Source: the human T2T-CHM13v2.0 reference genome, Homo sapiens. Taken from it: a stretch of DNA of 64,000 bases. The translations under genes and the position numbers were made by a program. Shown piece after piece: positions 52,965-64,000 of the stretch. The stretch lies in the NCBI RefSeq assembly GCF_009914755.1, contig NC_060925.1. The stretch is one strand, 5' to 3'. Below the pieces are notes generated by a model. The model saw only the letters and a program-made list of their open reading frames with translations. It made no database searches and was not told the DNA's origin. The stretch's first letter is position 1; every line of letters begins with the position of its first letter.

Positions 52965-54031
52965 GCTCCTTAAATGTGTCCTGTGGATGTGGGTGGGGTG
53001 GCAGCAGAAGCAGGAATCAAGAAATGCTTCCTGGAAGAGATAATGTAAAATCAGAGCTGTAAAAGATGTATGTAAAATTTCTTGGGCAGAAAAGAAGGGA
53101 AGAGAGGGCATTTCAAACATATGATCAGCTTATACAAAGGCATAAAGATGTGAATCAGCATGGAGGCTTTAAAACAATTGTAATCAGTTCCATGTTAACT
53201 GAGCAAAGACTGGTGGAAGAGGTACTTAGGACTAAGGCGGACATTTAATACTGAATTGACAGTACTCTGAGACACCAGCCAATGGATTTGAGCAGGGTAA
53301 AGGCATATTGAGACATGGTAAAAGATCATTTTCAAATAAGAGGAAAAATCCTGACTCTAGTACAGTATAAAAATGAATATGTGTTAAACATTTTATTTAA
53401 CTCATTCATTGATGAAACAAGGCAAATGTTAAAACTGTTTCAAAAGAGACTCAAAAATACAGTCACATTTACAGATCAGAAATACTGAAGTGAATTTGCA
53501 AGTGGACATAAAACTGGTTTTTCCACAGGGAGGAAGGGAAGACAAACTTCTATCAGACAGATCAGAATCTGCATAACTTGAGATAAAAATTTTGCACTGC
53601 TATCAGTTACCTAAGATTTACAGAGTTGTGAAATACCTCCTCAGATTCAGCATCAGATAAGAAAAAAGGATGCTCTATGAACAGTGCATGGATTTCTATT
53701 GGTGTAAACTTTTTTTCCTACCAGTTTGTATTCAAGAATATTTTCTTCGTGGCCCTGGAGGACAGAACAGAAAGGAAGTTAGTGTGTTTTGTTCTATTTT
53801 AGAGGACCTTCTAAATAGCCCTTTTATTTATTGTATTTGTGTGTGGTAGGAAGCATGATAAACAATGAAAAGAAGAAATAATTTTTCAAATTGTTATGTT
53901 CTTTACCCTGCCCTTTCACTTGTTCACATGGCATGAGGGAGAATGGTAACCAATAAAGAAACCTTGTATACAACCCTTACATGCGACTTTATTTCCTCTC
54001 TCTGTCCCAGTTAGCAAGATTGATTTGAAGT

Positions 54032-54633
54032 TATAAAGGAGAATAAATAAACTTTTTCTCTACCCTCCTAGGTTCTGTGACTGGGGCCCTGTAAATTAAA
54101 CTGACAAAAGGCAGATTAAACAGACAAAGAGAAAAACAAAGTTTATTAACATCTACAGCACATATATAGGTGGGAGAATTTCACTGACATGTAACTCAAA
54201 GGGGTGGTCAGAACTTCAGGCTTCTGTAGCATCTTAACAAAGAATAATACATTGCAGAGAAGTAACGAAACAAAGGAAAAGGGATTTAGGCTTTTTAGGG
54301 TGGGAAACTCTGGAAAGGCAAATATATGGAGAAACTAGTGGGAGATAAGGGTTGTTTAGTAAGGTTTGTCATGCAGCTTCTTCTGGTGCCATTTGTGGGT
54401 AGATAAGAGTCTTGAGTCATCTCTGGTGATTAAAAGTCTAAGAGTTATCCTCCCCTTCTTGTTATAGGAGAGGGAGACACCTTTACAAATGGAATTTATG
54501 TCCTGCTTTTGGCCAGATAAGGGAGGGCAGAGAGTTTTTATTCTGCCTCTGGTGTTTCTTACTTGTCTTCAACTCAAAATAATTCTTATGCCAAAGTGGC
54601 ATATTTTGGGGTGGCATTTTCTGATCCCCTACA
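54032..54633 (-). mobile_element. MER67-like ERV1 solo LTR
   Basis: aactgacaaaaggcagattaa...tcaactcaaaataattcttatgccaaagtggcatattttggggtggca...cccctaca. TSD aagt/gagt. Confidence 0.8.
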
Positions 54634-55797
54634 GAGTCCAGGCAAATCGTTCTTGGAATTATTTTATTCTTTTAATGAAGGCAAAGGATTTTATAGTCAG
54701 GCCAACAAAAGAATGACTTATTCAGTAATTGATAAGTATAGAAGATCACATAGAGAAAGAGATTTTTTAAAAGAGGAACTAGAGAAAAGGATATGGTAAT
54801 TTTAATCTCACATGTTTTTAATTTTACTTAAAGGAGATCATTTTTCATTACTGTATTAATTTTTGTACATTCTTGGAATGGTCCCATTTTTGTTTGTTGA
54901 TACAAATCATGCTTAAAGATGCCTCATTTTGCTAATGGCATAGTTTAAAATCTAAGGCCTAATCTTGACATGATTGGCCTTATAAAGTTTCAAAATGTGT
55001 TTAAAATACAAAAGCTTCTCTTTGAAGCTGTGATTAACTACATACTATACCTTTGGATGAAGCTAAGGTTCTGATCAATATTTAATAATGATTTCATGGT
55101 AAGTGGGTGGGTATGCTCATTGGAACAGTAAGTGAGAAAAGGATGCATTTTAATGGAGAATTAACAAATGGAGCTTGAGGGCAAGGGATATTTGCTTTAG
55201 AGATTTGTTGTAATTTAAAATAAGGTATCTTAAATATAGCATTCCATGCATTTCTTTTAAATGACAAATTGTGTCCTAGATCTAAAAGTGTTACCATTAT
55301 TATGATAAATGTGATCTGAGATGAGGTCTGAACAGCTTAAATAAATTAACATTGTGAAAGCTTGGCTCAAAACAATTTGGAATGGTTCAGGTTTTAATTC
55401 ATTCAGACACAAGATATATTTCCCATGTTCTTAAATTCAGTGGCATGAAAGTCTAGAATTTTAAGTAAAATTTTGGTAAGCTTTCTATTTTATGTCTCCT
55501 TTTTTCTCCCATGGGATAAAGTTAGCCTCAAGATCTCGTGTCTCTTGTCCATAAAATTCCACTTTGAGAAAATCTCAGATCTAAAGGCAGTCTCCATTGA
55601 TTAAAACAAAAAAAGGAGCAGTAACTATTGTAACACTCTGGCAAACTCTAAGAGCAAGCTTGACCAGTCATTAGTAAACAACACAACAGCATGTGTTGAA
55701 ACCATAGTTGATCCAGAAACAGAAAACTCATGTTCTAAGTTAAACCACAAAGGGAGTGAAAGGAGAGAAAAAAAATTTATAATGGTTGTTGAGAAAT

Positions 55798-55828
55798 TTA
55801 ATTTGCATTTGTTTATTTGTAGGTAAGT
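55798..55828 (+). other. Juxtaposed 3' and 5' splice-site motif (candidate recursive splice site)
   Basis: ttaat branch-like motif, then ttgcatttgtttatttg, then TAG|GTAAGT. Motif only; transcription is unknown. Confidence 0.3.
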
Positions 55829-56339
55829 ATAATCTAGTTAGAATGAAGAATTCAGAAGGCCAAATGAATCTATATGAGAAAGAAAATTGGCCTGGAGAAA
55901 ATGGATCTCCACTACAAGACAGAGACCATGTTAGGTGAATTAGGCTTATTACTGAAAACTTGAGCTGGCTTTCTTCTCTCTAAGAATATCTGGAGAATGG
56001 ACTTACCCATGGAACATTCAAACAAACCACCACCATAGCCAAAGCTGCTGTCTGTCTTAGTAAGATCTGAACTAGAGGATCTGAATATGTTATATGTGTG
56101 TAACTGTGTGTTTGTGTGTGTAAGTGAGAGAGATGGAAAGACGAAGAATGAGTACCTGTGAATGAAAGTTTATGATAATAAATTCATTGCAGATCCAAAT
56201 TCCATACTCTTATTTGCTTTAAACATTTTTCTATATGTCTCTCATTTGTAAAAATAATCTTCAACTCTTTGACAGTTTCTCCTGTTAGGAAGTCAGAAGG
56301 ATTTAAGAAAACTGAACTATTATTATAGAAATTACTCTG

Positions 56340-57107
56340 TGTTTTAGTCCATTTGTGTTGCTATAAAGGAATACCTGGCTGGGGACAGTGGCTTATGCCT
56401 GTAATCCCAGCACTTTGCAAGGCCGAGGTGGGTGGATCACCTGAGGTCGGGAGTTCAAGACCAGGCTGGCCAACATGGTAAACCCCATTTCTATTAGAAA
56501 TACAAAAATTAGCCAGGCATGGTAGTGCATGCCTGTAATCCCAGCTACCTGGGAGGCTGAGGCATAATTATCGCTTGAACCCAGAAGGCAGAGATTGCAG
56601 GGAATTGGTGGTTGCAGTGAGCCAAGAGTGCACCACTGCACTCCAGCTTGGGCAACAAAGTGAGACTCTATATCAATAAATAAATAAATAATAAAGAAAT
56701 ACCTCAGGCATGGATAACTTATTTTTTTTTTTTAAAAAAAGAAGTTTATTTGGCTCACAGTTCTGCAAGCTATACAAGAAGCATGGTACCAGCATTGGTA
56801 CCTTGAGAGGCCTCAGACTGCTTCCATTCATGGCAGAAGAGGAAAGGAAGCCGGTGTGTGCACAGATCACATTGTGAGAGATGAGGCGAGAGAGTGTGAG
56901 GGGAAGTGCCAAGCTCTTTTTTAACACCCAGCTGTCACAGGAACTAAGAGAGTGAGAACTCATTCACCTCTCGCCAAAGGAGAGCATTAATGTATTCATG
57001 AGGGATCCACTCTCATAGCCCAAGAACCTCCCTGTAGGCCCTACCTCCAACATTGCGGATCAGTTTCAAAATGAGATTTGGAAGGGTCAAACATCCAAAC
57101 TATTGCA
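56340..57107 (-). mobile_element. MSTB-type solo LTR split by an Alu
   Basis: tgttttagtccatttgtgttgctataaaggaatacct...caaacatccaaactattgca. Perfect TSD ctctg. Confidence 0.92.
56377..56690 (+). mobile_element. AluS (Sx/Sq-like) with (TAAA)n tail
   Basis: TSD ataaag(g/a)aatacct (56363-56376 / 56691-56704). About 16 extra bases in the right arm. Confidence 0.92.
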
Positions 57108-58269
57108 CTCTGCAAGTCAACAACTCAGCTTTTCCCAAGAAAATATTAGTGGTGTTCCAGAAAAAAATTATATTCTGACAATATATTTTTCCGAGATGTA
57201 TGTACACATTTACGTAAAATTGTTATTATTATTACATATGCTTTTATCTTTAAGAAATGGTGTTTCATAATTGCATGAGACCTGATCCAAAAATGCAGGA
57301 TTTCTGTTCCATTTGCTTGTTGATGTGAATGCTGCGTTGGTGTTTTTTATGTCATTATCACTAATCCATGTCACATATTTTCTCATACTTTCAAGATGTA
57401 TTTGTGATATTATCATATAGTATTAATAAAGAAGATATTTTGAAACAGAATCTTGTAGTTCTTAAGTTGTCTGAATCAAATAAGTAATACGTTTGGGTAT
57501 TATTACAGCTTTTGAATTCTAAAGAAAGGAGAAAACCAGCTGTCCAAGATGAAACAATGGTGTTTAGAGTATCACAATTTAAAAATTACAGAATTTTGCA
57601 AATGTATAGTTTACATTCTCCTCTTTGTTGTAGGATAGCTGTGGGGAACCAGATTTTATAGCATTTTTCAGAGAAAATAAAATACAAGAATGGACTTGGT
57701 GCTCCACTTGGTATAAAGATCCAATTCAGTGACACTATTCCTTACTTTAAGAAGATATTTGCAAGAGAAGATGGAGAATGAGGAGTGGGAGGGGAAGATG
57801 GAGGAAAAGAAGGAGAAGAAGGCTTCTTTAAATATTATTTGTATTTTTAAATGCTGGGATTTTGTGATAAATGTGAAATGAAAGATGCTTTACTTTACCT
57901 TTTGTTTTTTGTTCAGTTTTGTTTATTAAAATGAAAGTAAGTAAATTACTTTGATTCACTATATTTGTTGTATCAAAAGAAAACATTAAGGCATATAGAT
58001 TAAATTTCTAACAGCAACTTATTCTAGAGACCTTTCTTTTAATCTAAGCATGTTTATCTACTAAGATGCCAGTATCTGTTATTTTCAGAATTATTTTATT
58101 TATAACTAAGGTTATTTTTTCTAAAGTATGAGAACATTATTTTGTTTAGAATCAAATACATTTAGGAAAAACTATGCAGCTATTGATGTAATTGTCAATT
58201 CACAAGAAATAGCTAATGACTTTCTGGGAGTCCAGAGTATATGCCATACTCTTTCTGATAGTCTGACTT

Positions 58270-58450
58270 ATCAGAAAGAGTCCAGATTTTGGGATTCAGT
58301 GAGTTGTGTTTCAAATCCCAGGTCTTCCATTCATGAGTATGCCATCTTGAATAAGTAAATTTTCCAAAACCTCAGTTTCTGTGTCTGTAAAACGGGGATA
58401 ATCATAAGACCACAACAGAACTATTGAAGTAAACATTGAATGAATTGGCA
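58270..58450 (+). mobile_element. MIR
   Basis: tttcaaatcccagg...cctcagtttctgtgtctgtaaaacggggataat. Confidence 0.75.
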
Positions 58451-58798
58451 GTTGGCATTATCAATTTTACATGGATAAAATTGGGTCATATTAACTGGGT
58501 CAAGAGGCTGGAGATGAGATAAATTGGTGAAAATCTCCTTTCATTTATATGGGAAGAAGAGTTAGAGGACTGATGGAACATCTTGGCCAGAAAGATGGCT
58601 TGGAACTTTGAGGCAGCAGCAGATGACTGGCTCTTCACCATCTCTCCTGCCTTTTGCTATGTCAGTGTGGAGAAAGATAAATGGCAGAGGCACTTCCTGT
58701 GAGGCAACAAGTTCAAGGATAAACCTTACCTCCTCAGGCTTCTGAAAAAAAAAAAAAAAAAAAAAGAGTTCAAAAATTGATGAATCTTACTTGGAATT

Positions 58799-59087
58799 TG
58801 TTATGGACTGAATTGTGTCTGCAGTCCATTCTAATGTCATTATAGGAGGAGGAAATTTGGAATGCACAGAGACACTCCAGGTGAACGAGCACAGAGGAGA
58901 GGTCGTGTGAGGACATGGTGAGAAGGTGGCCATCCTTGAGGCCAGAAAGAGAGGCCTCAGAAGAAACCAAACCTGCTGACGCCTTGATCTTGGACCTCCA
59001 GCTTCCAGAACTGTGAGAAAATAATTGTCTGTGCTTAAGCCACTCAGTATGTGGTATTTTGTATGGCAGCTTTGTTAAACTGACACA
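58799..59087 (+). mobile_element. MLT1B solo LTR with internal deletion
   Basis: tgttatggactgaattgtgtc...gagaggcctcagaagaaaccaaacctgctgac...aaactgacaca. TSD gaatt/gaatc. Confidence 0.88.
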
Positions 59088-59274
59088 GAATCCAAAGGTT
59101 AACATCTCTCCTCATCATACTTAAAACTTCACCCAGTAGTATAATGAAGAATGAAATAAACTTGGCTCTTCACTCTTACTCGTGCATGGGGAAGAGTGTG
59201 AAGAAGGGAAATAGAGAAAGGGCTGTGTATCTTTCTTCCCTGAACACTATGTGCAGAATGCTGCTGAAACATTG

Positions 59275-59860
59275 CTCTAATTTTGGGATTGAGTGGAGGC
59301 TTTCTGGAGGAAATCGTGCCTGAATTAAATCATGATAGATGAATGGGGCTTAGGCCCATGACTAAACTTTTGGGAAATGCATTGCAGATTGAAAGAGCAA
59401 TCTGAGTGGATTCATGGAGGCAAGAAATAGCATGATATTTGTATGTCAACAGTATCAGGACTTTGGTATTAATGGAGAGTAGGTGTGAAACAAGAGTGAC
59501 AGGAGAGCCTGGAGAAGGAAGGAGAGGAGAGAACCATATCTAGGTTTTTAGCAAGAGGCAGAAGTGGTCCAGTGCATGTTTCTGAGAGTGAACTATGACT
59601 ACCATGCTAGAGTGAATTCAAAGTGAGTGTGGCTAGAAGAAGATGAATTAGGCACCTATTACAGTCAGGCAGCAATAATGAGGCCTTGACTCAGGCAGAG
59701 ACACCTCCCGTGCAGTGGAGGTCATGAATTCCTGCTATGCTTTCCAACAAGGCTTGGAAACCTAGTGATTAAGTGGATGCAGTACAGGAGTTGTGCAGAT
59801 GGATCCTGCCATTGCTGGAGGAAAATAGAAAGAGGAGCAGGGCCTTTGATTTTGAAGCTA
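59275..59860 (-). mobile_element. L2 fragment
   Basis: ggaggctttctggagga...catggaggcaagaaatagcatg...aataatgaggccttgact. Confidence 0.55.
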
Positions 59861-60689
59861 ATATGTTGACTTCTCCACTTATTTCTTTCTTTTCATTTTG
59901 TTAAGTGCATTTTTGTTAAAACATATATTTCTCACACTTTTAATTTTTTATTTTATTATATAATATATGTAAATTTCTTCAAACTTTGTCATCTGGAAAC
60001 TTGACAAGCCATTCTTTTTAGATCCCCATTCAAGTCACTAATAAATCATTGAATGAGAGAAGGCTGTATATACACTGATCTGGTTAATACTGCCATACCC
60101 GCTGTGGGTTGATATTGATACAATAATGTCAACTCAACTGTAATACTTTCTAGCCCAACCGTGCCATCAGTAACTCTCCCTTCTCTTCACTACTCCTGAA
60201 AAATCTCATTAATCTGATCATCCTATTCACAAAATAAATTATTCATGCAGTATACTATACTGTATAGACAAGTATGCAGAACAGAGTTATAATAATCTTT
60301 ATCTGAAAAGATTATTTGTTAGGAATTCTGTCCATAGAAGTCTGAGCAAATATTTGTATCTTTATAACCAGAATTTAAATATGTATGAACAAAAGTTCCA
60401 TTTGAAAAAATATCACAATTATCTCTATGTGATTAATTCTGTACTTCTGTATGAACTAGTTTTATCGATGCTGGCATTTCTCAAAAAGACTATCCAGTCT
60501 TGTCAACCAGTAAAGTAAGCTATTGTGTCTTCATTTAGAATGTGATTTTCTAAAAAGTGAATGACTTATACATATAAAAGGTAGTAGAAATCAAAACAAA
60601 TATATTTATTATATGTAAATATTTTAGATTCTTCATGGTAAATGAGTTTACTGATCTTCTTGAGCAAGCAGATCACTTGACTTTAAATA

Positions 60690-60883
60690 GTAATTTTTTC
60701 CTTCTGGGGTTATCTGGGGAGATCTGGAGACATTTTCAACAGCATGACTGGGAAGAGGGTGCTACTGGTGTCTAGTTGGTAGAGACCAGTGATGCTAAGC
60801 ATGCTTTGATGTGCACAACGCCTCTCAACAACACAGAATTGTCTGGCCTAGGATGTCCATAGAGTGGAGGTTGACAAACCCTG
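60690..60883. mobile_element. MER20 (hAT-Charlie)
   Basis: tctggagacatttt...gggtgctactggtgtctagttggtagagacca...gaggttgacaaaccctg. Confidence 0.8.
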
Positions 60884-61269
60884 CTTTAGAGGTGCCTGAT
60901 TATCATGTACTGCTTTGCAGGGTACAGCACTAATAGCCATCACTATGCTAAAATATTAATTTGCTTAGGAATAAGTTGCTAACATATAGTCCAACACATC
61001 TAATTACTTTCCAATGGAAATGGCTATACACTTACAGGTTGTGCTATATTGTTTTCTGCCAACTCTTTTTATTCAGTCCTGTAATCATTTTTTCCTAAAA
61101 GTGTTTTAATGAGTTCTACTAATCTATTAGTTCTTACACTTTAATTAATAATTTAAACTTGGCAATATTACTGTATCGTTAGAGCAAATATTATGTAACT
61201 GCCCTAACCCTACTCCCAGACTTTACTTTTTTTGTTGTTGTCCAAAATAAGTCCATTTATAAGCCCTTT

Positions 61270-61740
61270 TGTCTTATCAGGTGCCAGAGAAGCAATATCT
61301 GAAGCTCAAATTCTCGTGCAAATGATTTATTGAGAAAGTGCTCCTGGAGAAACAAGCAAAGTAGGGAGCTGGAAAAGAACAGAGAGTGGGGAAGTAGCCA
61401 AGCAAGGACTATGGAGGGTTCCTTCAGCCTCTCAGGCAAGGGGACCTCTGAAGTGTATGTTACACATCAGAAGTGTCCCTTTGCAATACAGTACAGAGGC
61501 ACTGAGCTTTCATCTGGACTCACAGGTCAGTCATTGACTAAGAGCCTCCACCGTGGACATAAACTCCCTGTACTCCTGCTCTCTGTGCATGTAGGTAAAG
61601 ATGTTCCAGTTACATGAGAGGTTTTCTAAAAGAAGGTACTGCCTGTGGGAGAAAAAACACAGGGAAGGCAGAGGAGAGATTCCTGAAAATGGCAAAAAAG
61701 ATCAGAGGGTATCTGGGAAGGTCATTGACAGCACTATCTA
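61270..61740 (-). mobile_element. LTR33-like ERVL solo LTR
   Basis: gtgcaaatgatttattgagaaagtgctcctggagaaac...agccaagcaagg...atctaca. Confidence 0.65.
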
Positions 61741-62710
61741 CATCCTGAAGCAACCACATTTTTCTAAGGTTAATAAAAATGGGAGGGTTGAGTACTGCCC
61801 ATGTGAGATAAATCGGTATAAATGTTCAAATTCACAAGGTAATAGTTTCCTAGGAAAGTTAGCTTAAATTTTACTGCATGACTCACTGTCAATTTATAAT
61901 AATTGTTTTATATCATACTTTTAATATGAATTTCACATTTTTCATTTCTCTTCTTATAAGTTCTTAATCATTATAACCATAACTTCTGTACTTCAGTGGG
62001 ATTAGCATTCCCACATGAACTAGAACTATTAAATCGTTAATAGTCTCTCTATGATTTTTCTACTTGACTTGTTATGACACTTTAATAATTCCATCAGAGT
62101 TTAGGTATTGTGAAATGTTACAATTTATACTGCTGGGTTCCAAACACAAGGCATCAATAAAGCAAACTCTTCAGTGAGAATAAAATGTTAAATAAGTTAA
62201 TGTTACATAGAAAACAACCACATGAATTACCCTACAATGTTACTGATTGATTTTTTAATTTTAATTTTCAATTTTAATTTTTATTTGGTTGTATAGAAAT
62301 AATAAAGAAATCCTAGGGTGCTATCTGTAAGGTTATTTCTGATTCTTATGTTTTAAGCAAACAACTTTTTATTGTCATAACAAGTAGTTGTCTCAAATAT
62401 TAGATAAGATGAAAATCAATTTACAAGCTGCATACATTTTAGCTTTGATTCTATCATCTGTTGTACCTTATGTCTGGGGAACAAAAAGTATTTGGCTCTT
62501 ATAACCATGCAAGGCTCCTGATAGCCAGGTTCCAAGTCTACTTCTATTGCAGGCCACAGGCAGAAAGCACTTTTTTCTTGCCCAGAGGCCCATTCTCCAT
62601 CTCTACTTGCAGACTAATTAGCTGTCAATTGAATTTCTCTCTCTTTTATAGGGCTCTGCTAAAAGTGAAAGGAAATAGTCAATGAACACCAACATTTTGA
62701 ATTTTGCCAA

Positions 62711-63083
62711 TGCTATGGTTTGACTGTGTCCCCTAAAATTCATGTATTGAAACCTTCCTCCCCAATGCAACAGTCTTGAGAGGTGGGACATTTAAGAGGT
62801 GACAAATGTTGTTATCTCAGAAGTGGGTTTCTTATCACAAGAGTGGATTTGGTATAAAAGCTAGTTTGGTCCTATCTTTCCTTGTTTCTCAGATGCTTTC
62901 TGTCTGTATGATGCCTTCTGCAAAGTTCTGATGCAACAAAAAGGCCCTCTCCAGATGTGGCCCCTGAATCTTGGAGTTCTCAGTCTCCAGGACTATAAGA
63001 AAAAAACATCTTTTTTACAATTAATTATGCAGTGTTGGAAGTCTCCAACATTCTGTTAAAGCAACACAAAACAGACTAAGACA
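62711..63083 (+). mobile_element. MST (MSTC/D-like) solo LTR
   Basis: tgctatggtttga...ccccaatgcaacagtcttgagaggtggg...gcaacacaaaacagactaagaca. Confidence 0.85.
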
Positions 63084-63302
63084 GTCTACATTTCCTCCTC
63101 TTGCTACGTCCGTGAAGATATGGTCTACCTTCCAAGGGACTACAGTCTAAAGTTTGAACAATTGTGTGTGTGTGTGTTTGGTTTTTTGTTTATACAACAA
63201 AAACATCCTCACCTTTCCCAACTCTGCTATCCAAAATCTTCTGATTACCATTTATTCTAGAGTTTATTATAGGACATAATCTTGTACAGATATGAAATTT
63301 TG

Positions 63303-63766
63303 TAATTGTCAGGATCTAGGATTGGCTGGAAAATAGGAAAACAAAATCATAGTCACATGGGCAACATGAAAATATATTTTTTTCTTTCTTAAAAACACGA
63401 AGAAGGCCGTTTTGTTCCGCCAGGATGTGTAAGAATCCAAGCTCCTCCAATCTTCTTGCTCTATAATATAGTCCCAAACTTCTTGCCATCAATCAGCCTT
63501 TCAAGCAGCAGTACAGAGTATGTTAGAAAGTGTTAGAAGTTAAATGGAACATCTTCTATTTTTAAAGAAAAAAGAAGAAGTAATACACTTCACTTACACT
63601 CACACCCATTGGGCAGAACTTAGTCAAATGACCACACTTTAAACTGAAGAGAAGCTGAGAAATGTATTATTTATTCCCAGCAGCCATATGCCATGTTAAA
63701 AGTTCCACTACAGTGGAACAAGGGTGGTATGGGTTTAAAAGGAATTCTACCAGTTTTCTATACTAC
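63303..63766 (-). mobile_element. MLT1J/K-like LTR
   Basis: cccattgggcagaacttagtcaaatgaccacac...gagaagctgagaaatgta. Confidence 0.6.
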
Positions 63767-63914
63767 AGTCATACCACAGAATGATATATGGTTCTATTAA
63801 ACAGGAATATATAGTATACACTATGCAATTAATCATGTGGTTTCTAACTATATAATGGAACATTTAACAAAACTAGAAGAATAGATGTACAATGTATCCT
63901 TATAATGGTAGTTG

Positions 63915-64000
63915 TTTTATTAACAGCTTTGTTAAGGGTTAGTTAACATACAATAAATTGCACGTTTAAAGTATACAATTTGATAGATGTGTTTCTATGT
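63915..64000 (-). mobile_element. Old L1M 3' terminus, running off the window end
   Basis: aacagctttgttaag...acatacaataaattgcacgtttaaagtatacaatttgat. Confidence 0.65.

Noticed and set aside
58745-58765. Isolated A21 tract (also A-run near 3097) as a processed-pseudogene tail
   Set aside because: No upstream AATAAA at the right distance, no TSD and no recognisable mRNA body.

Overview
Primate genomic DNA, most likely human or great ape: it contains AluY, AluS, L1PA2, L1PA7 and THE1. The window is AT-rich, has no CpG island, and I recognise no host protein-coding exon, RNA gene or CRISPR array. The ORFs I can assign are transposon remnants and the rest look like chance frames, so this is probably intergenic DNA or part of a very long intron. 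Major elements: (1) a 5'-truncated L1MA2/3 (3328-8972) carrying a complete THE1 provirus and an Alu; (2) an ancient ERV1-class provirus (about 14672-22786), rebuilt here from paired LTRs and gag/pro/RT motifs and interrupted by at least six other elements; (3) a full-length, inactive L1PA7-like element (40933-47408) with a 15-bp TSD; (4) seven Alus, many solo LTRs, DNA transposon fossils and MIR/L2/L3 fragments. Subfamily names come from my recall of consensus sequences, not from a search. I cannot support a new biological system. The best leads are a candidate recursive splice site with a poison exon (55798-55940), the nested ERV, a templated-insertion repair scar in L1 ORF2 (46566-46650), a very young L1PA2 stacked on an Alu, and a chimeric AluS/AluY.
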